NCBI GenBank assembly: GCA_002269645.1 | Contig: NIVC01004477.1 | Location: forward strand, 1 to 44,732 | From: Macrostomum lignano | Taxonomy: Eukaryota | Direction of reading: 5' to 3' | Length of the DNA: 44,732 nucleotides | In this document: positions 31,201 through 44,370 of the stretch, one piece after another | How positions within the stretch are numbered: the stretch's first letter is position 1 | Layout of the letters: every line of letters begins with the position of its first letter | Made by a program: the position numbers and the translations under genes | Notes under the pieces: generated by a model | What the model saw: only the letters and a program-made list of their open reading frames with translations | Told to the model about the DNA's origin: nothing | The model's database searches: none

Positions 31201-32311
31201 AGAAGATGCGGCCGAAATGGTCCCGGTCGGGGAAAACTGCGTCTTGCCTGGGCAGATTAGCGCCGCCGGAATCCACTGAGGGCGGGGTGGGAATTGGGAT
31301 CTGCTCTGGTAATAGCAAGAAAATGCACATCTGAGTTTAAATTAAAACATTGGTGTGACTGACCGGAAGTAGAAGTCATAATGGGACTGGAAGTAGAGGT
31401 AAGAATGGGACCAGAAGTAGGGGTCAGAATGGGACCGGAAGTAGAGGTCAGAATGGGACCGGAAGTAGAGGTCAGAATGGGACCGGAAGTAGAGGTCAGA
31501 ATGGGACGGTGGGACCGGAAGTAAAGGTAAGAATGGGACCGGAAGTAAAGGTAAGAATGGGGGCAGAAGTGGGGGTCAGAATGGGACCGGAAGTAGAGGT
31601 TAGAATGGGACCGGAAGTAGGGGTTAGAATATAACCGGAAGCAAAGGTTGGAATAGGACTGGAGGGAAATGGTGCAATTAAGTCAACTTCGGAATTGAAC
31701 CGGAAGTAGAGTTCAGAATCAGGATGGTTCCAGAATTGTGTCAAAATAGTCAAAAACTCACCGAGATAAATGCAAGGCAGGCGATTCTGGCGAGCCACTT
31801 CCTGGGCGCGCAGGTGTTTTTTCACCGTGATTGGGTAGTAGGAGCCGCCCTTCACAGTCGGGTCATTGGCGACTATCACGCATTCGACTCTGTGAAAGCA
31901 TTTGAAAATCACACCAATTAGTGCCTGGCAGTCTGACAAATTAGTGACAGATGAATAAGGTTAACAAGGCTGACTCACCCACTAACCTGGCCGATGCCAG
32001 TGATGATACCACCAGCTGGCACCTCCTCTTTGCCATAGAGCTCGTGTCCTGCCAGCTGCGACAGCTCAAGGAATGCAGATCCGGGATCCAGCAGGTGGCC
32101 AATCCGGTCTCTGGGCAGCAGCTTGCCACGGCTCAGATGCCGCTCACGAGCCTTTTCACCTCCACCTAGTTGAGCCCAAGTTAATTAGCAACTGTGTAAT
32201 TAGCAACAAATTCCCCAACTTTAACTAAGAAATTTTAAACTCACCTTTTAAAACATGCTGAATCTTGGATTCCAGATCAGAGACCAGCTTCTTCATGTTG
32301 GCATAGTTAGT
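26914..32311 (-). CDS. MCCC2: Methylcrotonoyl-CoA carboxylase beta subunit (carboxyltransferase); first exon(s) not located
   Basis: Exons 32311-32245, 32165-31979, 31889-31762, 31275-31049, 30535-30288, 29313-29157, 28324-27966, 27097-26914 (TAG). All GT-AG, all phases compatible, no frameshift. Motifs [121 protein letters not shown]. Confidence 0.96.
27390..27950. repeat. Intronic composite minisatellite (24-bp GTGAACTGGTGAATCTGTGAACGG and derivatives)
   Basis: Tandem units with an internal duplication at 217-bp spacing (27571 and 27788); degenerate GTGAA copies continue to about 27110. Confidence 0.92.
28395..28960. repeat. Intronic minisatellite, 21-bp unit CCCCAA(A/C)ATGCACAT(AGTCT/AGCCT/CCCCT)(C/T)
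   Basis: Three variants with recurrent 42-bp dimers. Confidence 0.95.
29378..30170. repeat. Intronic minisatellite, 24-bp unit GACAGTGACCAATGCCACCTTACA
   Basis: About 30 copies. Confidence 0.96.
30545..30935. repeat. Intronic minisatellite, 23-bp unit GATTGGAGGGCGATTCTCATTGA
   Basis: About 17 copies, reaching to within about 10 nt of the acceptor at 30536. Confidence 0.95.
31360..31720. repeat. Intronic minisatellite, 24-bp unit GGGACCGGAAGTAGAGGTCAGAAT
   Basis: About 12-14 copies, degenerate at the edges. Confidence 0.92.
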
Positions 32312-32880
32312 CTAAAAATTATAGAAACAATACACAATATATAGTCTAGCTATTACTATATACAGATGTCACTGGCATAGTGTCAGTTGCAATTAAAGTT
32401 GAAAATTTCGGAATCCATTTTTTTCAGCAGTTGTCTACACAATGTAACTATACTTAAACGTGACAGCAAAAAAGCTTTTTTCTTTCCTTGGGGTTTGCAG
32501 CCACAGGGGCATATGGGGTCAAGAATGAATTATAAGCATTTAACTCAATATGCACACTTAATTGAATGCAAGATGGACAAAACTCAGCCTAGGAGACAGG
32601 CCCAATCTAGCTCAGCTAATGAGAGAGCAGTAAAGAAATAGGTTAAAATCAAATATAAGCATAGGGTGCCACCAGCCACCTCCATTGGAACCAAGCTCAG
32701 TTCTACTTTATAACTAGATATTTTAACTGCTTTTGGTATTCTTGTCCCCTTGGTAATATTAATAATAATAATTAATTACACCTGCCCTGATTGGGACAGA
32801 TACAATTGATATGACAGCTTAGCTATAGCTACTGTGTGGTATATTAGAAGACTACAGATAGCTATTTAGTCTAGAGACTG

Positions 32881-33078
32881 GGGTTACCACACACCCTCAA
32901 TTACCCTAGCTAGGCACAATTCTGGTACCTATTTTATAGCTGGGTGAACTGAAGCAATGCAGAGTTAAGTGTCCTGCTCAATGACACAAATTGTTTTAGT
33001 GGGATTGGGAATTGAACTTTCCAACTTCAAGTTATAAGTCTACTAGTAGGCCTATCTAATGCTCTACCACTACAGGCC
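32881..33078 (-). mobile_element. tRNA-derived CORE-type SINE copy 1
   Basis: Minus strand: decayed A/B boxes, then ATTTGTGTCATTGAGCAGGACACTTAACTCTGCATTGCTTCAGTTCACCCAGCT, near-identical to the copy at 44419-44472 and resembling the MIR/CORE domain. Confidence 0.8.
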
Positions 33079-36000
33079 TAGGCTACAACCTATACATGTG
33101 CAACCTCCAAAACTTGGTTGGGCATGCAACTTAGTTTTAACAAAAAATGCGACATAGTCTTTGGCCAAAAATGCAACTTACTTAAAAAAGAAAGTAAAGC
33201 AAAATTAATGCAATTTTGGGTAAATGGCAGGAGTAACAATCATGTCCTATTAAGGCGAAATGCCTCATCTAATTAGTACTATGTCTGTATTCCTTTTAGT
33301 GGGGCATTTTTGCAACTTACCTTGGTTGGCTGCCAAATCTGTTAGCCAGATTTTAGTCTTTTTAGTACTATATTACTACTACTAGGTATAATAAAAATGA
33401 AAAATTTTTGATAATTTCTTGGAAAATTTCAAATTAATCTTTGCATCTATGAAGGAAAGAATTCTAAATCTTTTTGGCTTTAATATAGTATTTTTCCTAT
33501 TTTCTTTGACTATGAGCAAGCAGCAAGCTTTGCGGCAAAGTGCTACTAAGCTATTCCATGTGAGCCTGCCTCCAAAGACAATCTATACACAACTTAAGTA
33601 CTGATTGGCAATAGTTTACGAAGTGAAAGCAACAATCTAGCACTAGGCTATATGTGCCATAAGCCAAGGAGTGGTTTCCTATGATCTACTTGCACTGCCA
33701 AGATAATTGCTATCAAGAAAACCAAGATTTGCCCTGATCCTTAGCAGTCAATTAGGAAACTGACAGCTAAGCATAGAATGATGCCAATGTCAATGCCATA
33801 GTCCAGATCATGCTAGGTGCATGCCTGAACAAAAATTGAATAATTATAAATGCACGCCGAAAAAAATTAGTGCACGCCCATTCTCAAAAATACGCTAGTG
33901 TTGCAACAATAAATGACCTTTTTTATGTTATGACAAAGACTTTTTTTAAATTGCATAATAAACCTTTATTAGATAATTTTGTTGCTTTTAAAGCATATTC
34001 GGCAATACTATTTATAGTGGAAAGTTTATACATGCAAAGATTTGTTTAAATACTCTTTTGCGAACTAGAAAAAACATGAAAGCTTGAAATTTGCACCTAA
34101 AATGAACTTTTTTTCATCTTTTTTCTACTTTACAATGACTCTTACACATGATTCTATAAAGTGCATGCCAGGTGCACACGCATACTTTTTTCTCAGGAGT
34201 GATGCAAACCAACTGTGCACGCCTAATTTTGGCATGCAAGGCCAATGCATGCCTGAATTTTCGGGCATATACTACATGATCTAGAGTGTGATGTCAATGC
34301 ATAGACTGGTAAAGGCTGACTTGCATCTGCACTTGGTTTGCAAGGCAACTTGTCACTAAGGTGCAAGTGGTAATGGTCTGCAGTCATTTCGTCTGCTGCT
34401 TTTTCATCTGCCAAAGAATTTTAGCAGACAAAACGACTTTTATATTTATGTTTATTTTGGTTCACTTATTTAGTATTTTTATGTAGGGAATTAAAATAAA
34501 TTAGTATAAGCAAGTTTTAAGTATGTTTTCTTATTTATATTGATACATTTTGTTTTTTTTCATGCAGTATTCGTGAATAAATTGCATATGAGTTTACATT
34601 TTCTGTGCCTACAATTTTGATTGCTCTTTACATTTTACACTTTGTGCATTTAAGCTACTTGTATTCGTGAATGACTATGATAAGTACTTCCGGCGCCTCA
34701 GCCTAAGTAAAAAGGCTCTTACGCCACTAGAGATAAATAAGTTCCACATTGGGAGTGTACTAATGTACACTAAAAGCCATATTAGACTATAGAGGACTGT
34801 ACAGGGCAGTATCAGAAAAACCAAACCTCCCGGGGGACAGTAGCGGTTCGACGAACAGTTGCATGATTTGCTCAACTAGATCAAAGGCCATGGTGCTGGA
34901 TAGACCATTATCTTTTTAGAGAAGAAGCTGTTTATGGTTGACCTAGTGCATAACTGGCATAATGACAGAATCCTTGCAGCATCTGCCAATGATGCCAGTC
35001 CCAAGGTTGTCAGTTACCACCATAAAGCATTGACTTAGATTTTCATGTTTTACATCAACTTATATTTGTTAGGCCTATCAAATACTAGGCTCTCCTACTC
35101 AAAACAAAAATATCTAGCATAGCAATAAATGTAAGCCATAAATTCTTAATTAGTATTATTAATAGTACCTAGTTCTAATTATATAGTTTATTTTATATCT
35201 TTGCATAGATATTTTGTTTCTTGGCTAAGAGTTTTTATTAGAATTGGCCAACTCTAAATTTGCAACTTTTTGAACCAACTGCTTGCTAATTATATTTATA
35301 GTTACATTACAGAACATGCAAAATATAGGCCTAGTGAAATTCCTTTGAGCCTACCTTATATACATTATCATTTGTATCTATATTAGACTTGAATGCACAT
35401 AATGAACGAAAAGGCTGGCGAAAATTTCTTTGCGCTATCATTATGTTGAACTGCAATGTTTTAATCGACATTGCATCAAAATTTAGTTAGGTTTAGAAAA
35501 AAAGATTTTAACAAATTAGGCTCGTTTCGACAAGTCTTCAGAATATAGATCCGTCTATTGGCTATCAAATTATTTCTAACATTACTAACTAGAAAGATAA
35601 GAGTTCATCTAAACGTCAGTTTAGGGAGTGAAGGTTTGCGTGGTGGAGCACTCAAGAAAAGCAAGAAAAAATAAGTCACGCACGAACGAATCGTGCTTAG
35701 TAACTTAGCATAATTAATTTAAAAAATAAATAATTGTTACTAGTTATTTTAAAAGACCTTGCTTTTTAATAGTGACGGTAACAACTAAACAACAGAAACG
35801 CGCATATTCAGTCCTTCGAAATAAGTGAGGGTAAAGTAGTTTGTTAATATTCGTGAAATATTAGCATATAAACAAAATGTTCACATACCTAGGCACAGTT
35901 TTTCCCTTTTGATAACTAAATAAAATCAAAGTTAAAATGTATTTTTGAACGTTGGTTACAGTTAACAAAAATTTTATTCTCCTCGTCGTCGTCAGCGCGT

Positions 36001-37240
36001 TCGGTGGTGGATAGTAAAAATATTATTACTTTATTATTATTATATCATAGGCCCTACTTTTCACTGTTGTCCTAAAAATCATTGTATTGAAATCAATTGT
36101 TCCCCATTAACACCGACTCAAAGTAAAGATTTCTAAATTTGCTATGGCCATGATGCTTGGTGGTAATTCTCTCTTTCCAGCTAATGCCAATGGCAATAAT
36201 AGTGCACTTTATCAAAATGCCCAAGACTTTAATCAGCGAGCAGTGTCTTTCAGTAAGTATGCCCAACCCAAATTTGTTAGTTTTTATTCAGCAAATATAA
36301 ATTAAATCACTTTTAGTTATGCTTACTTTTACTATGGCCTACTTTTGTTGCATTTTTTAAAGTTTCATATAGTGGATTTAATAATAATCTTTGTCAAATG
36401 ACAAAGAAAGATGACACAGATCCAGAATTTTTGCAGGGAAGAGACAACCTATAGGCTTTAAGTTCAAACTAGGAATGAGAAAAATCATGTTATAATGGTT
36501 TAATAATTCTATTATTAGAGGCAAATATATTTTTTTTAAACTTCAATCATTAGGATACTAATTTGCAATATAGCTATTAGATTAGCATGCATAAAATTAT
36601 TTTTAAGCTTCTAAAGATATGTTATTTTATTTTATTAGATTTTATTTTTATATCCAAGAAAGATGACTCAAATATTTATTATATAAGTTGACTCATTCTT
36701 CAATATGTGATAAATAAATAGTTTTATATTTATAGCCTAGTATAAAGTCTTAATAATATAAAAATCCAAATATAGCACAAATACAATACAGTATACAAAT
36801 ATAAACATCTAAATATATTAAATCTCTAAGTCTAAGGTTTGCATGTTTGCCAGTAAGTATCTATCTATCTAGGTATATAATCATTTTTAGAAAAGATGGC
36901 TTGACCAATTTTCATGAGACTTGCACTGTTCAATAAGAAATTTTCCCATGATAGTACATGTAATTGTTTGATTGAAATTTGTTTGTTTGACTGTTTGATT
37001 GAAAGAAATTGCTTGATGCTAAAGGGATTTGATATTTAAAAAACATGCTTTTTTACAAAGGTCAAGCAGCTCTTTTGAATTAAAATGCATTGCAAGAATG
37101 CTAAAAAAAACTGACTGGTTGAATTCTAATTCTGAAATAGATTGCATCAGACTAGGCTTTTATTTATTCAGTCTGTGTACTGGCTGAATTTTGACACTGA
37201 CTTAAATTATGTCATAGTATTGAAAATGCAATGTGGAAGC

Positions 37241-37846
37241 AGTGTAAGACCAAGATGGCCATACACCAAGATGGCCATAGCCACAACATTAAATCTCTAT
37301 TATATCTGCTTTCTCTCTAATAATAATTAGCAACTTAATAGCTATTGTTTTATTATCATAGTCTGATAGTCATGCATTATTTTGTTTTAATCAATCATAT
37401 TTATAAATATTGATATAATAATTAGATTTGAAACCAATTAATCATAATATAAAAATATGAATCTTTTTAGTTTTTGTGCCAATTTATTCCCATAAGGCCA
37501 TATATATTAAATATATCATTATTAGTTTATTAAGAAACCATTGCTAATAATAATGCTATGCAAAAATGAGATAAATATGCGACTAGGTATTTATTTTATG
37601 CTTGGCTACTTGCTTTATTTAGTAAATAAACATATATAGGTCCAGCCAAAATAAAAGCTAGGCCTAAAAACAAAGGGAATGATTATAATGTAATATAATT
37701 CTATTTTAGCATCTATCTTTCTAATTATTACTAATAGGAAAATGGAAATGAATGAAATATATAGACCTATACTTATTATTATTTATTTTAATTTAGACAT
37801 TTAGATCTGTGGCCATCTTGGTGTGTGGCTATCTTGGTCATGTGCC
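37241..37846. mobile_element. MITE, 606 bp, with imperfect TIRs and 8-bp TSD GTGGAAGC (hAT-like)
   Basis: 37248-37278 matches the reverse complement of 37809-37839 at 28/31 nt. GTGGAAGC occurs at 37233-37240 and 37847-37854, each exactly 7 nt outside the matched segment. AT-rich interior, no ORF. Confidence 0.7.
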
Positions 37847-38489
37847 GTGGAAGCCAGGGTGTTTTAACCTAGGGTGGGCTAAAGAATTGTACAAGTGGGC
37901 CTAAATGACCAAATAGGGGAGAGAGTAAAGAGCAGAGACGAGGAGGAAAAGAGAGGGAAGAGACAAGAAGAGAGGGAAGAGACAAGAAGAGATGAGAGAT
38001 ATAAATAAGAGAGAAGAGAGGAATGATCTAAGGGATATAGAGAGAGGCAGAGGCCAGAGTTTGCCAATACATGTTTTCAACAAACATTGTCTGACATTCT
38101 GCCAATGAGATCAATGCTTGCCTCAAATCTAATTTTACACAAATTTACTCCATTTTTGTTTACATCTATCCTCTATTATTAACAAGTTTCTGTTTCAGTA
38201 TAACTTTAGATTTTAGAATATAGGCAAAGATATTTAAATGTTAAAGTTTTACAGATTAGGTCAAGTCATTATCATCATATGATGATTTTGAATATGATGA
38301 TTTCAACTGTACCATTTTTCTTGGCATACATACTGCACTGGTGCACAATAAACTTTGGTATATAGAATTGGCATATTGGTGTATAGAACTATTTGAAGTG
38401 CCACATAACTGTAAGCATATTACAGTTTCCAGAACAAAATTTTATATTTTTAAGATATTACGATTTAGATTATAATACTATCTCTACTC

Positions 38490-38745
38490 TCTCCTCTCTT
38501 GTCTTGATCCTCTCCTATCTACTCTTTCTTGTCTCATCTCTTCTCTTGATCATCTCTAATTTGTACTCTCCTATTTATCATCTCTCCTCTCTTCTATCAA
38601 CTCTCTCATCTCTTCTATCAACTCTCTCCTCTCTTCTATCAACTCTCATCTCTTCTATCAACTCTCTCCTCTCTTTTATCAACTCTCCCTCTTTCTATCA
38701 ACTCTCATCTCTTCTATCAACTCTCTCCTCTCTTCGCTATTCCTT
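38490..38745. repeat. Degenerate pyrimidine-rich repeat (about 19-bp CTCTCCTCTCTTCTATCAA)
   Basis: Seen directly, upstream of the first visible Argonaute exon. Confidence 0.75.
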
Positions 38746-38912
38746 TTACTTTCTCTTCTTTACTCTTTTAGCCCCCTAGCCTATTCCAGCAAAATAGATA
38801 TTAATATAAATAATCAGACAGTTAAGTAGCCCCAACTAGTTAATTTCATAGTTCTGTTTAACCTGAAAACTATTGGTGGCTTACACATTGCCATTCCTTT
38901 GCCTCTAATTAG

Positions 38913-41900
38913 TGCCAGGCGCACAGACACCGCTGATGCTGCCAGGTGGAAGTGGCAGCGGCGGGCCCTTCAACATGGGGCCTCTCCAGCACCAGCTGCC
39001 GCCCCAGCCGCCTTCCTCGGGAGCTGGCAGCGTCCACAGCGCCGGAGCTGGCGGCAGCGGCAGCATGGGTGGCGGCGAACGGCCCGCTGACGTCCGGCTC
39101 TTCCGGCGGTGGCTCCGGCTTCGGCGGCGGAGGCGGCGGCGCCGGCGGCAGCGAGTCGGGAGAGCCTTCGCCGCCGTCCATCATCTTCCAGCCGCCTGTG
39201 CGGCCGGGCCGCGGCATGGAGGGCCGCCACATCGGCCTGCGGGCCAACCACTTTGAGATTAAGTTACCCAAGGGCTTCCTGCATCACTACGACGTGTCAA
39301 TCATGCCTGACAAGTGTCCGAGGCGCATTAACCGCGAGATTGTTGATATCATGGTGAACTCGATGCACCATCAGAAGTACTTCTTCAACCAGCGTCCGGT
39401 GTTCGATGGTCGCAAGAATTTGTACACCAGGGACCCCCTGCCGTTTGGAACCGACCGGCTCGAGCTGGAGGTCACCCTGCCCGGCGAGGGCAGCAAGGAC
39501 CGCGTGTTCAAGGTACTGAGGCTGATTCTTTTCCTGCGGGCTAGATTAGCAATCCATTCTATTCCTGCATCCATGATAGGCTAGATTAGCAATCCATTCT
39601 ATTCCTGCACCCATGATAGGCTAGATTAGCAATCCATTCTATTCCTGCACCCATGATAGGCTAGATTAGCAATCCATTCTATTCCTGCATCCATGATAGG
39701 CTAGATTAGCAATCAATTCTATTCCTGCATCCATAATAGGCTAGATTAGCAATCCATTCTATTCCTGCATCCATGATAGGCTAGATTAGCAATCCATTCT
39801 ATTCCTGCATCCATGATAGGCTAGATTAGCAATCCATTCTATTCCTGCATCCATGATAGGCTAGATTAGCAATCAATTCTATTCCTGCATCCATAATAGG
39901 CTAGATTAGCAATCCATTCTATTCCTGCATCCATGATAGGCTAGATTAGCAATCCATTCTATTCCTGCATCCATGATAGGCTAGATTAGCAATCATTCTA
40001 TTCCTGCATCCATAATAGGCTAGATTAGCAATCCATTCTATTCCTGCATCCGTGATAGGCTAGATTAGCAATCCATTCTATTCCTGCATCCGTGATTGGC
40101 TAGATTAGCAATCCATTCTATTCCTGCCTCCGTGATAGGCTAGATTAGCAATCCATTCTATTCCTGCATCCATGATAGGCTAGATTAGCAATCCATTCTA
40201 TTCCTGCATCCATGATAGGCTAGATTAGCAATCCATTCTATTCCTGCATCCATGATAGGCTAGATTAGCAATCCATTCTATTCCTGCATCCATGATAGGC
40301 TAGATTAGCAATCCATTCTATTCCTGCATCCATGATAGGCTAGATTAGCAATCCATTCTATTCCTGCATCCATGATAGGCTAGATTAGCAATCCATTCTA
40401 TTCCTGCACCCATGATAGGCTAGATTAGCAATCCATTCTATTCCTGCACCCATGATAGGCTGATTAGCAATCCATTCTATTCCTGCATCCATGATAGGCT
40501 AGATTAGCAATCCATTCTATTCCTGCCTCCGTGATAGGCTAGATTAGCAATCCATTCTATTCCTGCACCATGATAGGCTAGATTAGCAATCCATTCTATT
40601 CCTGCATCCATGATAGGCTAGATTAGCAATCCATTCTATTCCTGCCCCCGTGATAGGCTAGATTAGCAATCCATTCTATTCCTGCCCCGTGATTGGCTAG
40701 ATTAGCAATCCATTCTATTCCTGCTCCATGATAGGCTAGATTAGCAATCCATTCTATTCCTGCATCCATGATAGGCTAGATTAGCAATCCATTCTACTCC
40801 TGCATCCATGATAGGCTAGATTAGCAATCCGTTCTATTCCTGCCATCCATGATAGGCTAGATTAGCAATCCATTCTATTCCTGCATCCATGATAGGCTAG
40901 ATTAGCAATCCATTCTATTCCTGCATTCATGATAGGCTAGATTAGCAATCCATTCTATTCCTGCACCCATGATAGGCTAGATTAGCAATCCATTCTATTC
41001 CTGCACCCATGATAGGCTAGATTAGCAATCCATTCTATTCCTGCACCCATGATAGCTAGATTAGCAATCCATTCTATTCCTGCACCCATGATAGGCTAGA
41101 TTAGCAATCCATTCTATTCCTGCCTCCGTGATAGGCTAGATTAGCAATCCATTCTATTCTGCACCCATGATAGGCTAGATTAGCAATCCATTCTATTCCT
41201 GCCTCCGTGATAGGCTAGATTAGCAATCCATTCTATTCCTGCATCCATGATAGGCTAGATTAGCAATCCATTCTATTCCTGCCCCCGTGATAGGCTAGAT
41301 TAGCAATCCATTCTATTCCTGCATCCATGATAGGCTAGATTAGCAATCCATTCTATTCCTGCACCATGATAGGCTAGATTAGCAATCCATTCTATTCCTG
41401 CACCCATGATAGGCTAGATTAGCAATCCATTCTATTCCTGCATCATGATAGGCTAGATTAGCAATCCATTCTATTCCACCCATGATAGGCTAGATTAGCA
41501 ATCCATTCTATTCCTGCCTCCATGATAGGGCTAGATTAGCAATCCATTCTATTCCTGCATCCAGACAGGCTAGATTAGCAATCCATTCTATTCCTGCATC
41601 CATGATAGGCTAGATTAGCAATCCATTCTATTCCAGCATCCCTGTACGAGTAGACCAGACTAGCAACCCAACTCTCTTTCATCCAGGTGATGATGAAGTA
41701 CCTGGGCGAAGTGTCGCTATTCGCTCTCGAGGAGGCCCTTGAAGGCCGACGCCAGAACATTCCAGCCGAAGCGGTGAACGCCCTGGACGTGGTGATGAGG
41801 CACCTGCCCAGCCTCCAGTACACCCCGGTTGGCCGGTCGTTTTTCCAGCCGCCTGAGATGAACGACCATCCGCTGGGCAGCGGCCGGGAGGTGTGGTTCG

Positions 41901-44236
41901 GCTTCCACCAGAGCGTGCGGCCCAGCCACTGGAAGATGATGCTCAACATTGACGTGTCCGCCACCGCGTTCTACAAAGCGCAGACAGTTTGCGAGTTTCT
42001 GTGCGATGTGCTGGAGATTCAGGTAAAAATTTCCATTTTTTAACGAGTATGATTTTCACATTGCTGCTTTTAGTAGCATGCTGTAGAATTTACCAAAATC
42101 CGCTCTGTAATCAGCAGATCCGTGATCTGGAGGAGTACAACAAGAAGCCGCTGAGCGACTGCAACAGGGTGAAGTTCACCAAGGAGATCAAAGGCCTGAA
42201 GATTGAGATCACCCACTGCGGCCAGATGCCGCCGCAAGTACCGCGTCTGCAACGTCACAGGCGCTCGGCCCACCGCAGAGCTTCCCGCTGCAGATGGAGA
42301 ACGGCCAGACTCTTGAGTGCACGTGGCCAAGTACTTTGCTGAGCGGTACAAGATGAAGCTGCGTACCCCATGCTGCCCTGTCTGCAGGTAAGACTTTTTA
42401 TCACTTGTTCCATTGTGACTGGCCTCTATGAACCACTTGTTCCATTGTGACAACAATAAAACTATATGTTAAGTATCGCTGTTATTCTTCCAGGTGGGCC
42501 TGGAGAACAAGCACACCTACCTGCCACTGAGGTGTGCAACATTGTCAGCGGCCAGCGCTGCATCAAGAAGCTGACGGACTCGCAGACGTCCACCATGATC
42601 AAGGCCACGGCCAGGTCCGCCCCGGACCGGGAGCGCGCAGATCAACAACCTGGTGCGGAAGGCCAATTTTAGTCACGACAGTCACCTGCAGACCTTTGGC
42701 ATTCAGGTTTGTGAATTATGGAGTGCGTTTATGGATTGCCGTGTGCTTAATAATGCTGTTTTACTTGAGCACATTCAACCGAAACACATTAGGACACTTA
42801 ATGTAACTTTCTGGTTTCTTACGAGTATTCCTAGAAAAAAGCAGCAAGTCTAGCCAGGATAGGACAGATTATTGAATTATTTATCAAAAGTTGGAGACTT
42901 TTCTGTCAGTTTTATGCGATTTATGTCAGGATTATGGATTTCCTGTCAGTGTTGTGGAATTCCTGTCAGGGTTATGGGATTTCCTTCAGGGTTGTGGGAA
43001 TTCCTGTCAGGATTGTGGAATTCCTGTCAGGGTGTGGGAATCCTATCAGGGTTATCAGATTTCCTGTCAGTGTTGTGGGAATTCCTGTCAGGGTTATCGG
43101 ATTTCCTGTCAGTGTTGAAGGAATTCCTGTCAGGTTATCGGATTTCCTGTCAGTGTTGTGGGAATTCCTGTCAGGGTTATGGGATTTCCTGTCAGTGTTG
43201 TGGGAATTCCTGTCAGGTTATGGGATTTCCTGTCAGTGTTGTGGGAATTCCTGTCAGGGTTATGGGATTTCCTTTCAGGGTTGGGAATTCTGTCAGGATT
43301 GTGGAATTCCTGTCAGGGTTATGGGAATTCCTGTCAGGGTTATGGGATTTCCTGTCAGGGTTGTGGGAATTCCTGTCAGGGTTGTTGGAATTCCTGTCAG
43401 GGTTGTGGGAATTCCTGTCAGGGTTGTTGGGTCTCCTGTCGGTTGTGGGAATTCCTGTCAGTGTTGTGGAATTCCTGTCAGGGTTGTGGGAATTCCTGTC
43501 AGTGTTGTTGGAATTCCTGTCAGGGTTGTGGGAATTCCTGTCAGGGTTGTGGTCTCCTGTCGGTTGTGGGAATTCCTGTCAGGTTGTGGAATTCCTGTCA
43601 GGGTTATGGTTTCCTTCAGGTTGTGGGAATTCCTGTCAGGGTTATGGGAATACCTGTCAGGGTTGTGGGAATTCCTGTCAGGGTGTGGGAATTCCTGTCA
43701 GGGTTGTGGAATTCCTGTCAGGGTTGTTGGAATTCCTGTCAGGATTGTGGAATCTCCTGTTTGCATTGAGATTTCGTGTCATTATAGTGGAATTTTCCAG
43801 TCAATATTCTAATTGCAATGAATTGACTCTCCATTTCTCAATGCCGCCGCCCGCTCGCAGGTGCAAACTCGCATGGCAGATATCGGAGGCCGGTGCTGCC
43901 GGCTCCCAAGATCCAATACGCGGCCGGTCCAAGGCGCAGGCGCTGCCGCAGCAGGGGTCTGGGACATGCGCGGCAAGCAGTTCTTTGCCGGCATCGAGAT
44001 CAAAGTGTGGGCCATCGCCTGCTTCGCTCCGCAGCGCACAGTGCGCGAGGACTCGCTGAGGCAGTTCACCCAGCAGCTGCAGAAGATCAGCCAGGATGCC
44101 GGCATGGCCATCACCGGCCAGCCCTGCTTCTGCAAGTACGCCAACGGCCAGGACCAGGTGGAGCCAATGTTCCGACCTGAAGAACAACTTTCACGGCCTG
44201 CAGCTCATTGTGGTGGTGCTGCCGGGCAAGACGCCG
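38913..44236 (+). CDS. AGO: Argonaute, AGO clade (N, L1, PAZ, L2, MID start); 3'-partial, many indels
   Basis: Exons 38913-39512, 41687-42022, 42118-42387, 42494-42706, 43861-44236. Motifs [137 protein letters not shown]. At least ten 1-2 bp indels between 42220 and 44180. Confidence 0.95.
39530..41640. repeat. Intronic minisatellite, 40-bp unit GGCTAGATTAGCAATCCATTCTATTCCTGCATCCATGATA
   Basis: About 52 copies filling the 2174-bp Argonaute intron. Confidence 0.97.
42895..43760. repeat. Intronic minisatellite, 20-21-bp unit TGTGGGAATTCCTGTCAGGGT
   Basis: About 40 copies; source of several overlapping pseudo-ORFs. Confidence 0.95.
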
Positions 44237-44370
44237 GTGAGTAGAATTTATGGGTTCTGACAAACATTTGAAGATTCCTATTAGATCTCATTAATGCCCT
44301 GTCTAGATGATCGCAAGTTGTGCTCCCAGAGTTCACCCATTTGTGATAGGTTTAGTTGCCAACCTCCATT

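Noticed and set aside
33800-34290. Clustered GCATGCC/GCACGCC words suggesting transposon subterminal repeats
   Set aside because: No matching termini or TSD could be defined by eye.
34223-34414. Candidate MCCC2 first exon (YHLHLSDKLPCKPS...)
   Set aside because: Only vague resemblance to the MCCC2 N-terminus and no convincing phase-0 donor; left unassigned.
42872-43812. Overlapping 200-395 aa ORFs with EFLSGLW / GIPVRVV repeats
   Set aside because: A 21-bp array inside an Argonaute intron bounded by clear splice sites.
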